DNA of 64,000 nt from assembly GCF_030028105.1 (NCBI RefSeq), contig NC_092371.1:97243064-97307063 (forward strand), in the 5' to 3' direction. Positions 50,221 to 63,129 of the stretch are shown piece by piece. Source of the DNA: Mobula birostris. Lineage: Eukaryota. The notes beneath the pieces are model-generated. The model worked only from the letters and a program-made list of their open reading frames with translations. It ran no database searches and was not told the origin of the DNA. Positions within the stretch are counted from its first letter, which is position 1, and the number at the start of each line of letters is the position of its first letter. Made by a program: the position numbers and the translations under genes.

Positions 50221-53049
50221 GGGCTTCACAGATTAATGAAGAATACAAAAGATCTGTGATGATCAATTGACTGGAGTGTTCACTGATATCCTTAATCTCT
50301 CGCTTTGGCAGTCTGACGTACCCACTTGCTTCAAGCAGGCTTCAGTTATGCTGCCGCCGAAGAAGAACGTAGTAATGTGCCTCAATGACTATAGTCTGGT
50401 AGCACTTACATCCACTGTGAAAAGACCATAAGACCAAACAACACTGGAGCATAATTCGGCTATTCCATCCACTGAGACTTCTCCGTCAAACCATCATGGC
50501 TGATTAATTATCGCTCTCACCCCTATTAACCTATACAACCCTAACAAAGAACCTATCACCCACTGCCCTTAATATGCCCAATAAACTGTCCTGCTATATT
50601 GATATCTGTTGGTATCAATTCCACAGATGCTCCAGTTTCTGTCTCAAGAATTATTTTTTCTCATTTCTTTTATAAATGGACGTCCCTCAATTCTGAGGAA
50701 TCTGATGAAGTGCTTTGAGAGGTTGGTGATGAAACATGTCAGCCCCTACCTGAGAAGCGACTTGGATCGCATCTTGAGAAGCTCGGCCTTTTTTCTATGC
50801 TCTCGTGCTCTATGACTCTAAGACTAAGACGGAAAGGTCTTGAAAAGCTTCCGTTTTTACAATTCTACGTTTCAATCTTCTGGACTGTCTGCTTTTCGGT
50901 ATCCTTGTGACTGGAGATAATTGAGAAGGTGTGTGTTTAATCGAGATTGCACGGAAAATGTTATCTGAAACTGTTACGTCAGTTGCTTTCCATGTGTCCT
51001 GCTTTATGTTCATAGAAACACTAGAGTAACTTTGGAGACAATTCTTCAGAGTATCGCCGGAATTCCCTTAAAAAATCGCTGTTCATTTACGCATCCTAAA
51101 ACAGAAAATATTCCACGTGATTTCAAGTTTTTATTATTCTGAAACTTTAGCTGCTGGTGTTATTGACAGTTCACCAAGTCTAGGGCTTGGATGAAGTAGT
51201 ACCCGGTGTCATGACAACCAAACGACTAATATATTGGTACATTGCATTTTCTGAATTGCAAGGAATTTCCCTTAGATCGATTACAGTGAACTTCTGTGCA
51301 GTCTCTGCCTGTTCTTCACTTTCGTGATTCTTTTCCTGATGCTGCCTGTGCCAGAATGTGTCTGCAGTTCTGCGGGAATGCAGCAATCCAAGCACTGAAC
51401 GGCTGCTCCCCTAGCCGCACCCAACTGTGGTCCGTATTTACTCCGCGATTCCCCAGAAATTACAAAGCAGTCTGATCTCTGATCCCACCACGCAAGGCCA
51501 GCGAGCCTTTTCATTTAAATGAGAATTATGCAGCAGCGGGGCAGAAATGGTTCAGAATGACCTGACTGGTATTTTAACATGCTTCCGTTTGCTATAATAT
51601 TTTAACAAGTTAAGAGTTTCGTTGGATCAAACTGTAAAGCTCTTTAATATTTTTTGTTTTTAAATCCTGTCGATCTTTCTTAATAATATATAAATGCCAA
51701 TGCGTGTCTAAAATAGCGAAATATTTAAAATTCTCACTGGGTGCAAAGCTCACTTTAGAGGGTATGGACTGTACCAGTCTTCCAGAGATTCTCCGTGAGT
51801 GGGTTTGTTTTAGCCAGGTCATTTGGTTCAGTTTTTGACCACATGGTGATACACAGGGCGTCCAGTCAGAGCGTCTAGATCCATTCCGAAGTTAGGTTCA
51901 GTGGAACGAGTAATACAAGCGGTGAGGTGGGGAGTAGACCTCTTTGGGGAAAATGCAGGACAACTGCTTTGTAGGACAGGTGGTTTTGAACTAGGGAAAC
52001 ACTGCACAGAATCAGCGATTTCGTTCTTGCTAGTTGGAGTCCGGTACGAAATATGCATGAAACAGGACTGCCACCTACTGGCCAAAGGTAGATGATACAG
52101 GAAGTAAATCATCATACCTTTAAATTAAAGGCAACTGAAAATGAATGGGATTCCAGACCGAAAATAACGTTCTTGCCTCATGACAATGCCCAACAGTCTA
52201 ACAAGCTTAATGAAATTGCTGCAGAATAGTGTAAGAACCCAAATCAACTTGTAGTGGATAAACTTCGCACTCCTCAAATAAACACTACGATACATTATTA
52301 TGGACAAATAAAAGACGAGCGAGACCAATTAGACCGACCGGGAGGTTTGCACATACATGCAGAGAAGTCCTCCTTTAGGTAGAATTACAAAACTGACCAA
52401 GACACATGCTTGATATTGCATGTCAAATATTTTCTCTATTTATGTTCGGTTGCACCAGATGCTGACGAATACGGATGTACAATTGGAAGGAAATGATTCG
52501 AGGAACAATCAGAATTTCTGTCAGACCCAATTATGCCTTGGACCACAGATGAAACGCAGAAGTTAAAACTACTTGCCGGTTATCATCTACCTCTGTCCTT
52601 CCGCTGACCAATCAGAATTTCCAATCTTATGTTTGCCCTGACAGTCAAATGATCAGAGAAGTAGACTTCCTGCAGCTTGTTACAGAATAACAGCGAAACT
52701 AGGCACCGCCATTGGACGCACGTGGAATCCAGTTTTAGAAAAGAACGATACATGTCTTCTGTGTATTTTGGACTGCGTTACGTGGAATACGAGCATGATC
52801 GTTACAGATCTACCAGTCACAATCAATATACTTTGAAGTAAAGTATCATATTGAAATTGTAATATCACAATGCCATGTGTATTGTCTGCAGCTTGTTCGA
52901 CTTCCCTTCCAACAGTACCAATCTGACCACCGTGGAGAATCAGTATTTCTGGCGAATACTGATAAAAAGATCAGGTATACACAGTTACTGTCCCATAACC
53001 TTTCACCAGAACACTCTTTCTCTTCGCAGATGCTAACTGGGTGATATAG

Positions 53050-54420
53050 GTGACAAGAAGGTTTTGCTCCAACGTGAGCTCAATGCATTTGATACTCGCT
53101 TTGATGATCAAAACGTAGAGGCACCTTCACGAACGCCCATAGCCCTTGATGACCCCGTGTTTTCAGTCTCTGAGGCTGACATGAGAGCATCTTTCAGGAG
53201 GGTGAACCCACGGAAAGCATCCGGCCCAGACAGGGTAACTGTCCAAGTACTAAAACCCGTGCTGGTTATCTGGCTGGAGTATTGGTGATGAAACTAATCA
53301 ACTCCTCCTCGAGACGTGACTTGGACCCACTTCAGTTTGCCTACCGTCACAACAGGTCACTAGCCGATACCACTTCATCGGCTCTGTTCTCAATCCTAGA
53401 ACACCTGAACAGCGAAGATGCATACATCAGGATGCTCTTCACTGAGGACCGCCCGGCATCCGATACTGTCATGCCCTCAATACTAATCAATAAGCTTTAG
53501 GCCCTAGTCGCAAATACATCCTTGTACACTGGTTCCTCGATTTCCTCACTTACAGACTCCAGACAGTTCGGATTGACAACGTTTCCTGCACAATTTCCTT
53601 CAGCACAGGTGCGCCATAAGGTTGTGTGTTAGACCACTGCTCTACTCTCTTTACACTTATGACTGTGAGACTAAGTACAGATCCAATGCCGTATTTAAAC
53701 TTGTCGACGACACCACTGTCGTTGGCCGAATCAAGGGTGGCGACGATTCAGCACATACGAGGGAGATTGAAAATCTGCTGGATGGTGCCACAAAGACAGC
53801 CTCTCACTCAATGTCAGTAAGACCAAGGAGATGATTATTGACTTCAGGAGGAGGAAACTTGAGATCCATGAGCCAGTTCTCATCGGGGATCACAGGTGGA
53901 GAGGGTCATCCACTTTAAATCCCTCGGTGTTGTAATTTCAGAGGATCTGCCCTGGATGCAGCACGTAAATTGCATTACGAAGAAAGCACAGCAGCGCCTC
54001 TACTTGTTTAGAAGTTGCTAAGATTCAGCATGTCATTTAAAACTTTGACAAACTTCTTTAGATGTCGGATGGAGAGTGTATTGATTGATTGCACCACAGC
54101 CTGGTGTGGAAACACAAATGCCTTTGTATAGAAACACCTACAACATGTAGTGGATACGGACTAGTCCATCACGTGTAAAGCCCTCTCCAATATCGAGCAC
54201 ACCTGCAGGTAGCGCTGTCGATGGAAAGCAGCATCCATCATCACGGTGCATCAGTATCCAGGCCACGCTATCTGCTCGCTGATGCCACCAGGAAGAAAGT
54301 ACAGAATTCACTGTACTGACATCACCATGATCAAGAGAGCAGGTACCACTCAACCATTAAGTTACTGAACCAGACGGGATAAGCTCAGTGAACTTCAGTC
54401 GCCCCAACACTGAACTGGAC
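53050..54420 (+). mobile_element. Rex1/Babar-like LINE RT remnant
   Basis: SFRRVNPRKASGPDRV, LDPLQFAYRHNRS, AYIRMLF, CVRPLLYSLYTYDC and KLVDDTTVVG. Confidence 0.8.
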
Positions 54421-55469
54421 TCACTTTCAAGGAGTCTTCATTTTATCTATCTATCAATATATGTATATGTATGTATATATATATATATATATCTACCAAT
54501 TTATTCAATCAATTCATTTTAGTTATTTGTTTATTTATTTCACCAATATATTTATTTATCCATATATTTATTTATTGATGTATCCATTAATTTATTATTT
54601 CTTCTTTTTCTCTTTCTTTTTATATTTGTATCACTTGTTGCTTTTTTTGCATTTCATTTGGGTATGGTCTTTCATTGGTTCTATTATGTGTATTTTATTC
54701 ATTGAGATTGGCCACGAGAAAATATGTCTCTGGTGACACATATATCCCTTGATAATAAATTTACACTGTTTTGAACTCTGAACTGAGCAGCTGGATGTGA
54801 ATATATTCAAGCATTTCTAGTTATTTTTCCAGAATTACAACTATATGGAGCAGCTATTGTGTTTCTGTGTTGAATCAGGCTCATTATGAAGATGGTACTT
54901 TGAATATCAAATTAAAATCTAGGAAGTGGATTCCATTTCCTAAAATATAACAAAAATGTTTGCATGCTCTCCAAAGGTGGCTATTTATCAATCAATCACT
55001 TTAGGTTAATTCCAAACCGCATGGTTTCCGTAAGTCTCCCACTCCTCAGAATGGCAGCAACTAGAGGCCAATGAATCGTAAATCGGGAACCGAAAGAAGA
55101 AGCATTCCCAGATGTCAGCGATTTCGAAATCTTGTTTCTTTTCTGCACATTTCCAGCTGCCAGTTCGGTATTATTTATTGTGAATTTAAATATGAGAGTG
55201 AGAGAGAGCTACATCCATCTGATATCGGACATTAATGCTAGGTAATGCTCTAAGACTTTTGATGCAAGAAATGTCTTTCGGCATGTTTATTGTTTTACTT
55301 TTTAAATGTTCAACATAATAATACACTTTCTTTTATTCCAAAATTTTGATAGTTTTGTTTTGTAAATCTGAGGGGCGATAGAGTCATATCAGAGAAATGC
55401 ACGATTTTGCAAGATAGAAAGGACTTGAATAGATAAAACGTCTACTTCTTCTGTCGTATTCTTCTTACC

Positions 55470-55788
55470 TTTTTTATAGGGCATCTGTTAGTCTCGTAAG
55501 ACCATGGATTTGCGCCTTGGAAGGTTTCCAGGGCGCAGGCCTGGGCAAGGTTGTATGGAAGACCAGCAGTTGCCCATGCTGCAAGTCTCCCCCCTCCACG
55601 CCACCGATTTTGTCCAAGGTAAGGGCATTAGGACCCATATAGCTTGGCACCGCTGTCGCCTCATCGCAGAGCAATGTGTGGTTAAGTGCCTTGCTCAAGG
55701 ACACAACACGCTGCCGCAGCCAAGGCTCGAGCTGGTGACCCTCAGATCACTAGACGAATGTCTTAACCACTTGGCCACACGCCAACAC
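55470..55788 (-). mobile_element. tRNA-derived CORE-type SINE
   Basis: Minus strand A-box TGGCCAAGTGG, degenerate B-box GCTCGAGCC, CORE-like gtgtccttgagcaaggcacttaaccac and an A-rich tail. Confidence 0.75.
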
Positions 55789-56796
55789 CTATTGATCTGA
55801 AAACGCGACGACGTTTTACAGTTCTATTGAACCAAATGCATCAAAGACAGTTCTGTATAAAATGTAAAAATTATTGGTTTTATTTCAAAGAAAAATAAAC
55901 AATGCGAATGCACTGATCATGTGAATATGTCGGGCACAGGTATGTTTTTCCGTACCTACCGGGCGTGTAACTATTCAGGCATGTCAGTTCAGAGTGCCAC
56001 TTGTCCTCAAACTTCAAATCACTCGATTGCACCTTTGTCTGAGTTAACAGTCTTTACGGCGATCCCCTTCTCCGGGGCTCTCTGGCCTGCTGAGTGGCTG
56101 TAGTTTCTTCGGATTCTGATTATAATTTCCAGAAAATGCAGATTTGTATTTCCTTCCAAAATTTCAGTTTTCATTAATAGTTTTATCCAGCTCCATTCAA
56201 TGTCCATTCCATCTATCCCAACACATACACAGAAGGACGCAGACCCTCGCGCGCACAGATAGAGGGAAACACACACGCACACATGGCCACACTCAAAGAA
56301 ACGAACAGGTTACTGCATTTATAAATGAGTCCGCCTTGCTAAGGACAAGTGGAATTTTCTAATTTAGTTACCCCCTTTCTCCAGAGTTCCATAATAATCT
56401 CACAATTCCACGAGCTCATCAAATTTGGAAAAGCGCGACTCATTGGGACAGAGCCATCTGCCAGGAAAAAAAAACCAACAGTTTGTGAGTTAATCCAAAC
56501 GACAGTTTATTATTCAGGTTCGTTTATCAAGTTTCATCGAACTTTAATTCATATTGGAGTTCGCAATATCCTCGTGAAAATACTCAACTCTTCTGATTCG
56601 ACAGATTCTTCCCAAAAAAAGATATAGATTGGAAAATAAAGATTAATGGATTGAGAGTACATTTGTTATCAAAGGTATAAATTATACACCCTTGAATTTT
56701 GTCATAGCAAGAAACCCGAAAAGAACAATAAAAGATCAAGACCAACACGCAATGCGCAGAGAAACAGAATAATAGAATAGTGAGAAGGATCCTTGA

Positions 56797-57119
56797 TTAA
56801 GTATAACCAGATCTCGCGATCGTTGCCTGAAGCGGGGTTGCACGAGTCTCGTGTTTCACCACACACGAGAATTGCTCTTGTGAGCTCCAGTCTGAGGCTG
56901 GCAGAGTCAGGTAGCTGTTCGCACTGAATGTGTTATCCGGTTCCTGCTGTACCCGGCCAGTCTCGACACCATTCCTTCTCGTACTGCCGTCCACCGTCCA
57001 CTCGATGTCCACAGTTTCTGGATGAAAGCCGCTCACCAAACACACCAGGGTGACGGTGCTCTTTTTCGCGATTTCTTCCTCTGAAGGCCGGAACACGGAC
57101 ACAACCGGAGGTCGAGGAA
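56797..57119 (-). CDS. Ig lambda/type II light-chain C exon (C3), open frame, terminal Cys replaced by Tyr
   Basis: Acceptor ttttcag|TT CCT CGA CCT CCG; 323 nt; PRPPVVSVFRPSEEEIAKKSTVTLVCLVSGFHPETVDIEW...QFSCVVKHETRATPLQATIARSGYT*; both intradomain Cys and the core Trp are present. Confidence 0.93.
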
Positions 57120-57357
57120 CTGAAAATAGAAGGAAATGTGCATGAATTCATTTTTAATGGCTTTGAATTTAGAAGCATTACAACTGGTAGCAGTCAGCAC
57201 TTCGTGCTCCCGCTCCTGCTCCGACATTGGTAACGTCATATGGTCATGAGATATCGGTGCGGAAGTACGTCATGTGGATCTGCTTCTTTATTCCACGGTG
57301 GCTGATTTATTTTGCCACTCGACCCCAATCTTTGCCTTCACTCGGTAACCTTTAAAA

Positions 57358-59930
57358 GAACATAGAACATAGAATAGTACAGCACGGTACAGGCCATTCG
57401 GCCCACAATGTTGTGCCAACTCTCAAACCTTACCTCCCATATTAGCCCCCACCTTAAATTCCTCCATGTACCTGTCTAGTAGTCTCTTAAACTTCACTAG
57501 TGTATCTGCCTCCACCACTGACTCAGGCAGTGCATTCCACGCACCAACCACTCCCTGAGTAAAAAACCTTCCTCTAATATCACCCTTGAACTTCCCACCC
57601 CCTAACTTAAAGCCATGTCCTCTTGTATTGAGCAGTGGTGCCCTGGGGAAGAGGCGCTGGCTATCCACTCTATCAATTCCTCTTATTATCTTGTACACCT
57701 CTAACATGCCTCCTCTCATCCTCCTTCTCTCCAAAGAGTAAAGCCCTAGCTCCCTTAATCTCTGATCATAATGCATACTCTTTAAACCGGGCAGCATCCT
57801 GGTAAAACTCATCTGTACCCTTTCCAATGCTTCCACATCCTTCCTATAGTGAGGTGACCAGAATGGGACACAGTGCTCCAAGTGTGGTGTAATCAGAGTT
57901 TTATAGAGCTGCATCATTACATCGCGACTCTTAAACTCTATCCCTCGACTTATGAAAGCTAACACCCCATAAGCTTTCTTAACTACCCTATCCACCTGTG
58001 AGGCAACTTTCAGGGATCTGTGGACATGTAACCCCAGATCCCTCTGCTCCTCCACACTACCAGGTATCCTGCCATTTACTTTGTACTCTGCTTTGGAGTT
58101 TGTCCTTCGAAAGTGTACCACCTCACACTTCTCCGGGTTGAACTCCATCTGCCACTTCTCAGCCCACTTCTGCATCCTATCAATGCCTCTCTGCAATCCC
58201 TGACAATCCTCTACACTATCTACAACACCACCAACCTTTGTGTCGTCTGCAAACTTGCCAACCCACACTTCTACCCCCACATCCAGGTCGTTAATAAAAA
58301 TCACGAAAAGTAGAGGTCCCAGAACAGATTCTTGTGGGACAGCACTAGTCACAATCCTCCAATCTGAATCCACCTGGCCAAACATCCCTGGATTCCATGC
58401 CATCTGACTTTCTGAATAAGTCTACCGTGTGGATTCTTGTAAAATGCCTTACTAAAATCCATATAGATCACATCCACCGCACTACCTTCATCTATATGCC
58501 TGCTCACCTCCTCAAAGAATTCTATCAAGCTTGTTAGACACGATCTGCCCTTCACAAAGCCATGCTGACTGTCCCCGATCAGACCATGATTCTCTAAATG
58601 CCCAGAGATCCTATCTCTAAGAATCTTTTCCAACAGCTTTCCCACCACAGACGTAAGACTCGCTGGTCTATCATTACCCGGACTATCCCCACTACTTTTT
58701 TTGAACAAGGAGACAACATTCGCCTCCCTCCAATCCTCCGATACCATTCCCAACAAGAGCATAATGATCCTAGCCAGAGGCTCACCAATCTCTTCTCTAG
58801 CCTCGTGGAGCAGCCTGGGAAATATTCCGTCAGGCCCCGGGGACTTATCCGTCCTAATCTACTTTAGTAACTTCAACACCTCCTCTCCCTTAATATCAAC
58901 ATGCTCCAGAACATCAACCTCATATTGTCCTCACCGTCATCAAGTTCCCTCTCATTGGTGAATACCGAAGAGAAGTATTCATTGAGGACCTCACTCACTT
59001 CCACAGCCTCCAGGCACATCTTCCCACTTTTATCTCCGATCGGTCTTACATCCACTCTTGTCATGCTTTTGCTGTTCAGATAATTGAAGAATGCCTTGGG
59101 GTTTTCCTTTACCCTACTCGCCAAGGCCTTCTCATGCCCCCTTCTTGCTCTTCTGAGCCCCTTCTTAAGCTCCTTCCTTGCTTCCCTATATTTCTCAATA
59201 GACCCATGTGATCCTTGCTTCCTAAACCTCATGTATGCTGCCTTCTTCCACCTGACTAGATATTCCACCTCACTTGTCACCCATGATTCCTTCATCCTAC
59301 CATTCTTTATCTTCCTCACCGGGACAAATTTATCCCTAACATCCTGCAAGAGATCTCTAAACATCGACCACATGTCCATTGTACATTTCCCTGCAAAAAC
59401 ATCATCCCAATTCACACCCGCAAGTTCTAGCCTGATAGCCTCATAATTTGCCCTTCTCCAATTAAAAATTTTCCTGTCCTCTCTGATTCTATCCTTTTCC
59501 ATGATAATGCTAAAGGCCAGGGAGCGGTGGTCACTGTCCCCCAGATGCTGACCCACTGAGAGATCTGTGACCTGACCCGGTTCATTACCTAGTACTAGAT
59601 CTAGTATGGCATTCCCCTCGTCGGCCTGTCCACATACTGTGACAGGAATTCATCCTGGACACACTTGACAAACTCTGCCCCATCTAAACCCTTGGAACTG
59701 ATCAGGTGCCAATCAATATTAGGGAAGTTAAAGTCACCCATGATAACAACCCTGTTATTTTTGCACCTTTCCAAAATCTGCCTCCCAATCTGCTCCTCTG
59801 TATCTCTGCTGCTACCAGGGGGCCTATAGAATAACCCCAATAGAGTAACTGCTCCCTTACTGTTCCTGACTTCCACCCATACTTACTCAAAAGAGGATCC
59901 TGCCACATTACCCACCTTTTCTGTAGCTGT
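57358..59930 (-). mobile_element. CR1 LINE ORF2 (EN end and RT), frameshifted
   Basis: ORFs 59601-59876, 58873-59556, 58349-58762 and 57423-58403 ([19 protein letters not shown]); (AACATAG)n tail. Confidence 0.95.
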
Positions 59931-60591
59931 GACCTTAATTAAGAGACTAGCAACCTCTGATTTCAAGGTACCAAATGGCCTGGCCTCCACAGCCGTCTGT
60001 AGCAATAAATTTCACAGATTTACCACATTGTGGTTAATGAAATTCCTCCTCTTGTCTGTTCCAAAGGGACATCCTTCGATTTCGAGACTGTGCCGTCGGG
60101 TTGAAGATTCTTCCGTTGCTGAAAAGGGTTTTTTTTACTTCTACTCCTTCAAGGTCTTTCAATATTCGGCAGGTATCAATGAGATTCTCCTTACCGCCAC
60201 TCATTCATTTCAACTACAACAATCACATACCCAAACTATCAAACGCTTCAAACAGGGTACATGATCATCCACCTCCATAGGCTCTGTTGCATTTGCCCCT
60301 TCTTTACCCATTTTCCTCATCTGTCCAAGTGGTTCCTCAACCTCCCTACTTACTCAACACTGTCTGCCCCTCCAACTATCTTTCGCATCATCCGCAAATC
60401 TGGCAAGGAAGCCATCAATTTCGTCCTCCACTTTATTAACATATAACGTGAAAACTACTGGACCACTTACGGCCCCCTGCCAATTATCACTAGTCTCAGG
60501 CAGCCAGGTATAAAAGTGAATCCGTTATTCCAACCCTTTGCCTTCTGCCATTCAGCCAATCTTCTGTCTATGCTACTTTCATTGCGTAATA

Positions 60592-61068
60592 CGAGGGGTG
60601 ATTGGTAGGTTCGTGGCCTTAGGTATTAGGAGTCAATTTTAGAAAACTGGGCACATTTATTTTTCAACGTGGCCCCCTCCGACATGTACACACTTAGTGC
60701 AGGGGTCGTCGAACATACGGATCCCTTCGTTGCAGAAGTGGTCCACAGCAGGGGTGATTGATAAGTTCGTGGCCTAAGGTAGACGGAGATGAGTTATACC
60801 GCTCTCGTTACGTGCACGTGCAGTTCAACACTTTGCGTGATAATGCAGGAAGTTTGAAGTTAATAACACATCTCCTTCTGCCTTAGGCTACGAACGTGTT
60901 AATCACCCCTGCTGTGGACCACCTCTACAAAGAAGGGATCCGTATGCTCCACGACTGTTGGACTAAGTGTGTACATGTAGGAGGGGCCGACGTTGAAAAA
61001 TAAATGTGCTAGGTTTTCTAAAATGGACTGCTTCTACCTTGGGCCACGAACTTATCAATCACCCCTTG
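60592..61068. mobile_element. Mariner-derived palindromic MITE, TA TSD
   Basis: TA|cgaggggtgattg...caatcaccccttg|TA; arms of about 190 bp are inverted copies; the right arm encodes EGIRMLHDCWTKCVHVGGADVEK*, a mariner transposase C-terminus; an internal second TIR pair is at about 60751-60783 and 60877-60910. Confidence 0.9.
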
Positions 61069-61079
61069 TACAGTTGGCT

Positions 61080-62700
61080 GTTATCTTCCTTAGCAGCTTC
61101 ATGTGCGGAAAGTTGTCAAAGACCTTCTGAAAGTCCAAGTAAACCTTTGCCTATCCTGCCCGTTGATTCCTGAAATAATTCCAAAAGATTTGTCAGGCGA
61201 GTTTTTCCCGGAAGGAAAGAATGTTTACTTCGGTCTATTTTGTCTTGTACATCAATGTATCAAGACGCCTCATCTTTAATATTGGATTCTAACATCTTGC
61301 AAACCATTTAATTCAGGGGATCTGGCCTATAATGCCTGCCTTTTGTCTTCCTTCCGTCTTACAAAATGGAGTGACATTTGCAGTTGCCCAGGCTTCCAGA
61401 ATCAAGGGATTCCTGGTTGATCACTGCGAATGCCTCCACAATCTCTTACTCTGTTTATTTCAGAATCCTGTGGAGTAGTCCATCTGGTTGACCTGACTCA
61501 TGTACTTTCAGACCATTCAGATTCCCAAGAGCCTTCTCAATTGTAATAGCGACTACATTCAGTTCTGTGCACGGACTGTCGAATTTCTGGCATCTTCCAT
61601 AGCAAATACTAAAGGAAAATACATATTCACTTCATCCACCGTTTCTTTGTCTCCTACTCACATCCCTCTTGTGCGATTTTCCAGCACTCGTGCCTCTCAT
61701 ATATATATATATATATCTTTAAATAAGCCTTTGCCATCCTCTTTTATTATTGGACATATAATCTTCTTTTTCATCCTTTTTATTCCTATCTACTTACTTC
61801 TCTTCTCTTGCTTTTTAACAGCTTCCTAAATCCCTACTTCACATTTTTGCTGCTTTTAATATTTGGCTAACTTATTTCATATTTCATTTGTTTTCTCCAG
61901 ATGGCTTTTTAGTTGCCTTCTGATTTATAAAAGCGTCCCAACCCTCCATCCTCCTACTAATTTATGTTGTGGTATATTCCCTCTCTTTTGCTTTTATGCT
62001 GTCTTTGACTTCAACCACGAATGTGGTATCCTCCCTTTATTGTTCTTCTTTGGGATGAACAGATCTTGAGTCTTCCGAATTATTCCCAGAACTGCATCCA
62101 TTACTGCTTGCCCATTATCTCTACGAGTATCCATTTCCAATCAACGTCGGTCAGCTCTTTTCTTATGCCTCTGTAGGTACATTTACTACATTGAAAAAAC
62201 GATACATCCGAATTTCGCTTCTCCCACTCAAACTGCGTGGCCGTCCATTATACAACGACCACTGCCTCCTAAAGGTTACTTTAGGTAAAACTTTCTAAAG
62301 AAATCCGCTTCAGTACACAGTAGCCAATGCAGAATTGCCTTTTCCCTATTGGTACCTTGCAGGCATTCTACAAATTAATTCCCTTGGGATCTAGCATCAA
62401 AATGATTTCCCCAATCTACTTGAATATCACATTCCCCATGATTATTGTGAAACTACACTTTTACATGCCTGTTTATTATATCCAGTTATCAATGTCCCCC
62501 CCATCTTTGCCACTGTTTGGAGGCCTTTAATTAACTCGGATTACGGTGGTTTTGCCCTTGTGTTTTCTAAACTCTACTAGCAAGGATTCTACATTTTCTG
62601 ATCCACTGTCACTTCCTCTAAGGATCTGATTTCCTATTTTCTCAACAAAGCAGCCCATCTCGTCTATCCAAATATGATTTTTTTGAGCCAAGACTCGGTG
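61080..62700 (-). mobile_element. Highly degenerate CR1 remnants
   Basis: Scattered CR1 EN/RT-like sequence (IVEAFAVINQES, LVEFRKHKGKTTVIRV) with many lesions. Confidence 0.6.
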
Positions 62701-63129
62701 ATGCCACATTCATAATACCAATTTCCAACTAGGCCAGGAGACCATCCACTGTATTCAGTTTACTGTGTACATTCAAATATAACACCCTCAGTTCTATATC
62801 CAAGAACTTTCTTTTCAATTTTGTCCCCATATTGCTTGAAGTTAAATTCTAAACGTTTTATCGTATTCATTGTTCTGGAAACTTCATTAACATCCCCTCA
62901 CTCTCCTTCCCTTTCAATTTATCCATGCTTCTCCAAGCTGTTGAACTCATCCCACAACATTTAGGTTAAAAGTCTATCCACGGCCCTGATGTGATTCACC
63001 ATGACCTTCGTCTCAGTATGTTTTATGTGGAACCCGTCCAATCAAATCAGTCCTTTCCTTCCCTGGTACTGTTGCTAATGTACCACGAACTCAGACACAT
63101 TTCTCCCACACTAATCATTGAACCATTGA

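Noticed and set aside
54440-54740. Hydrophobic 91-aa ORF (54461-54736)
   Set aside because: AT-rich low-complexity sequence with (TA)n, next to a LINE tail; not a credible membrane protein.
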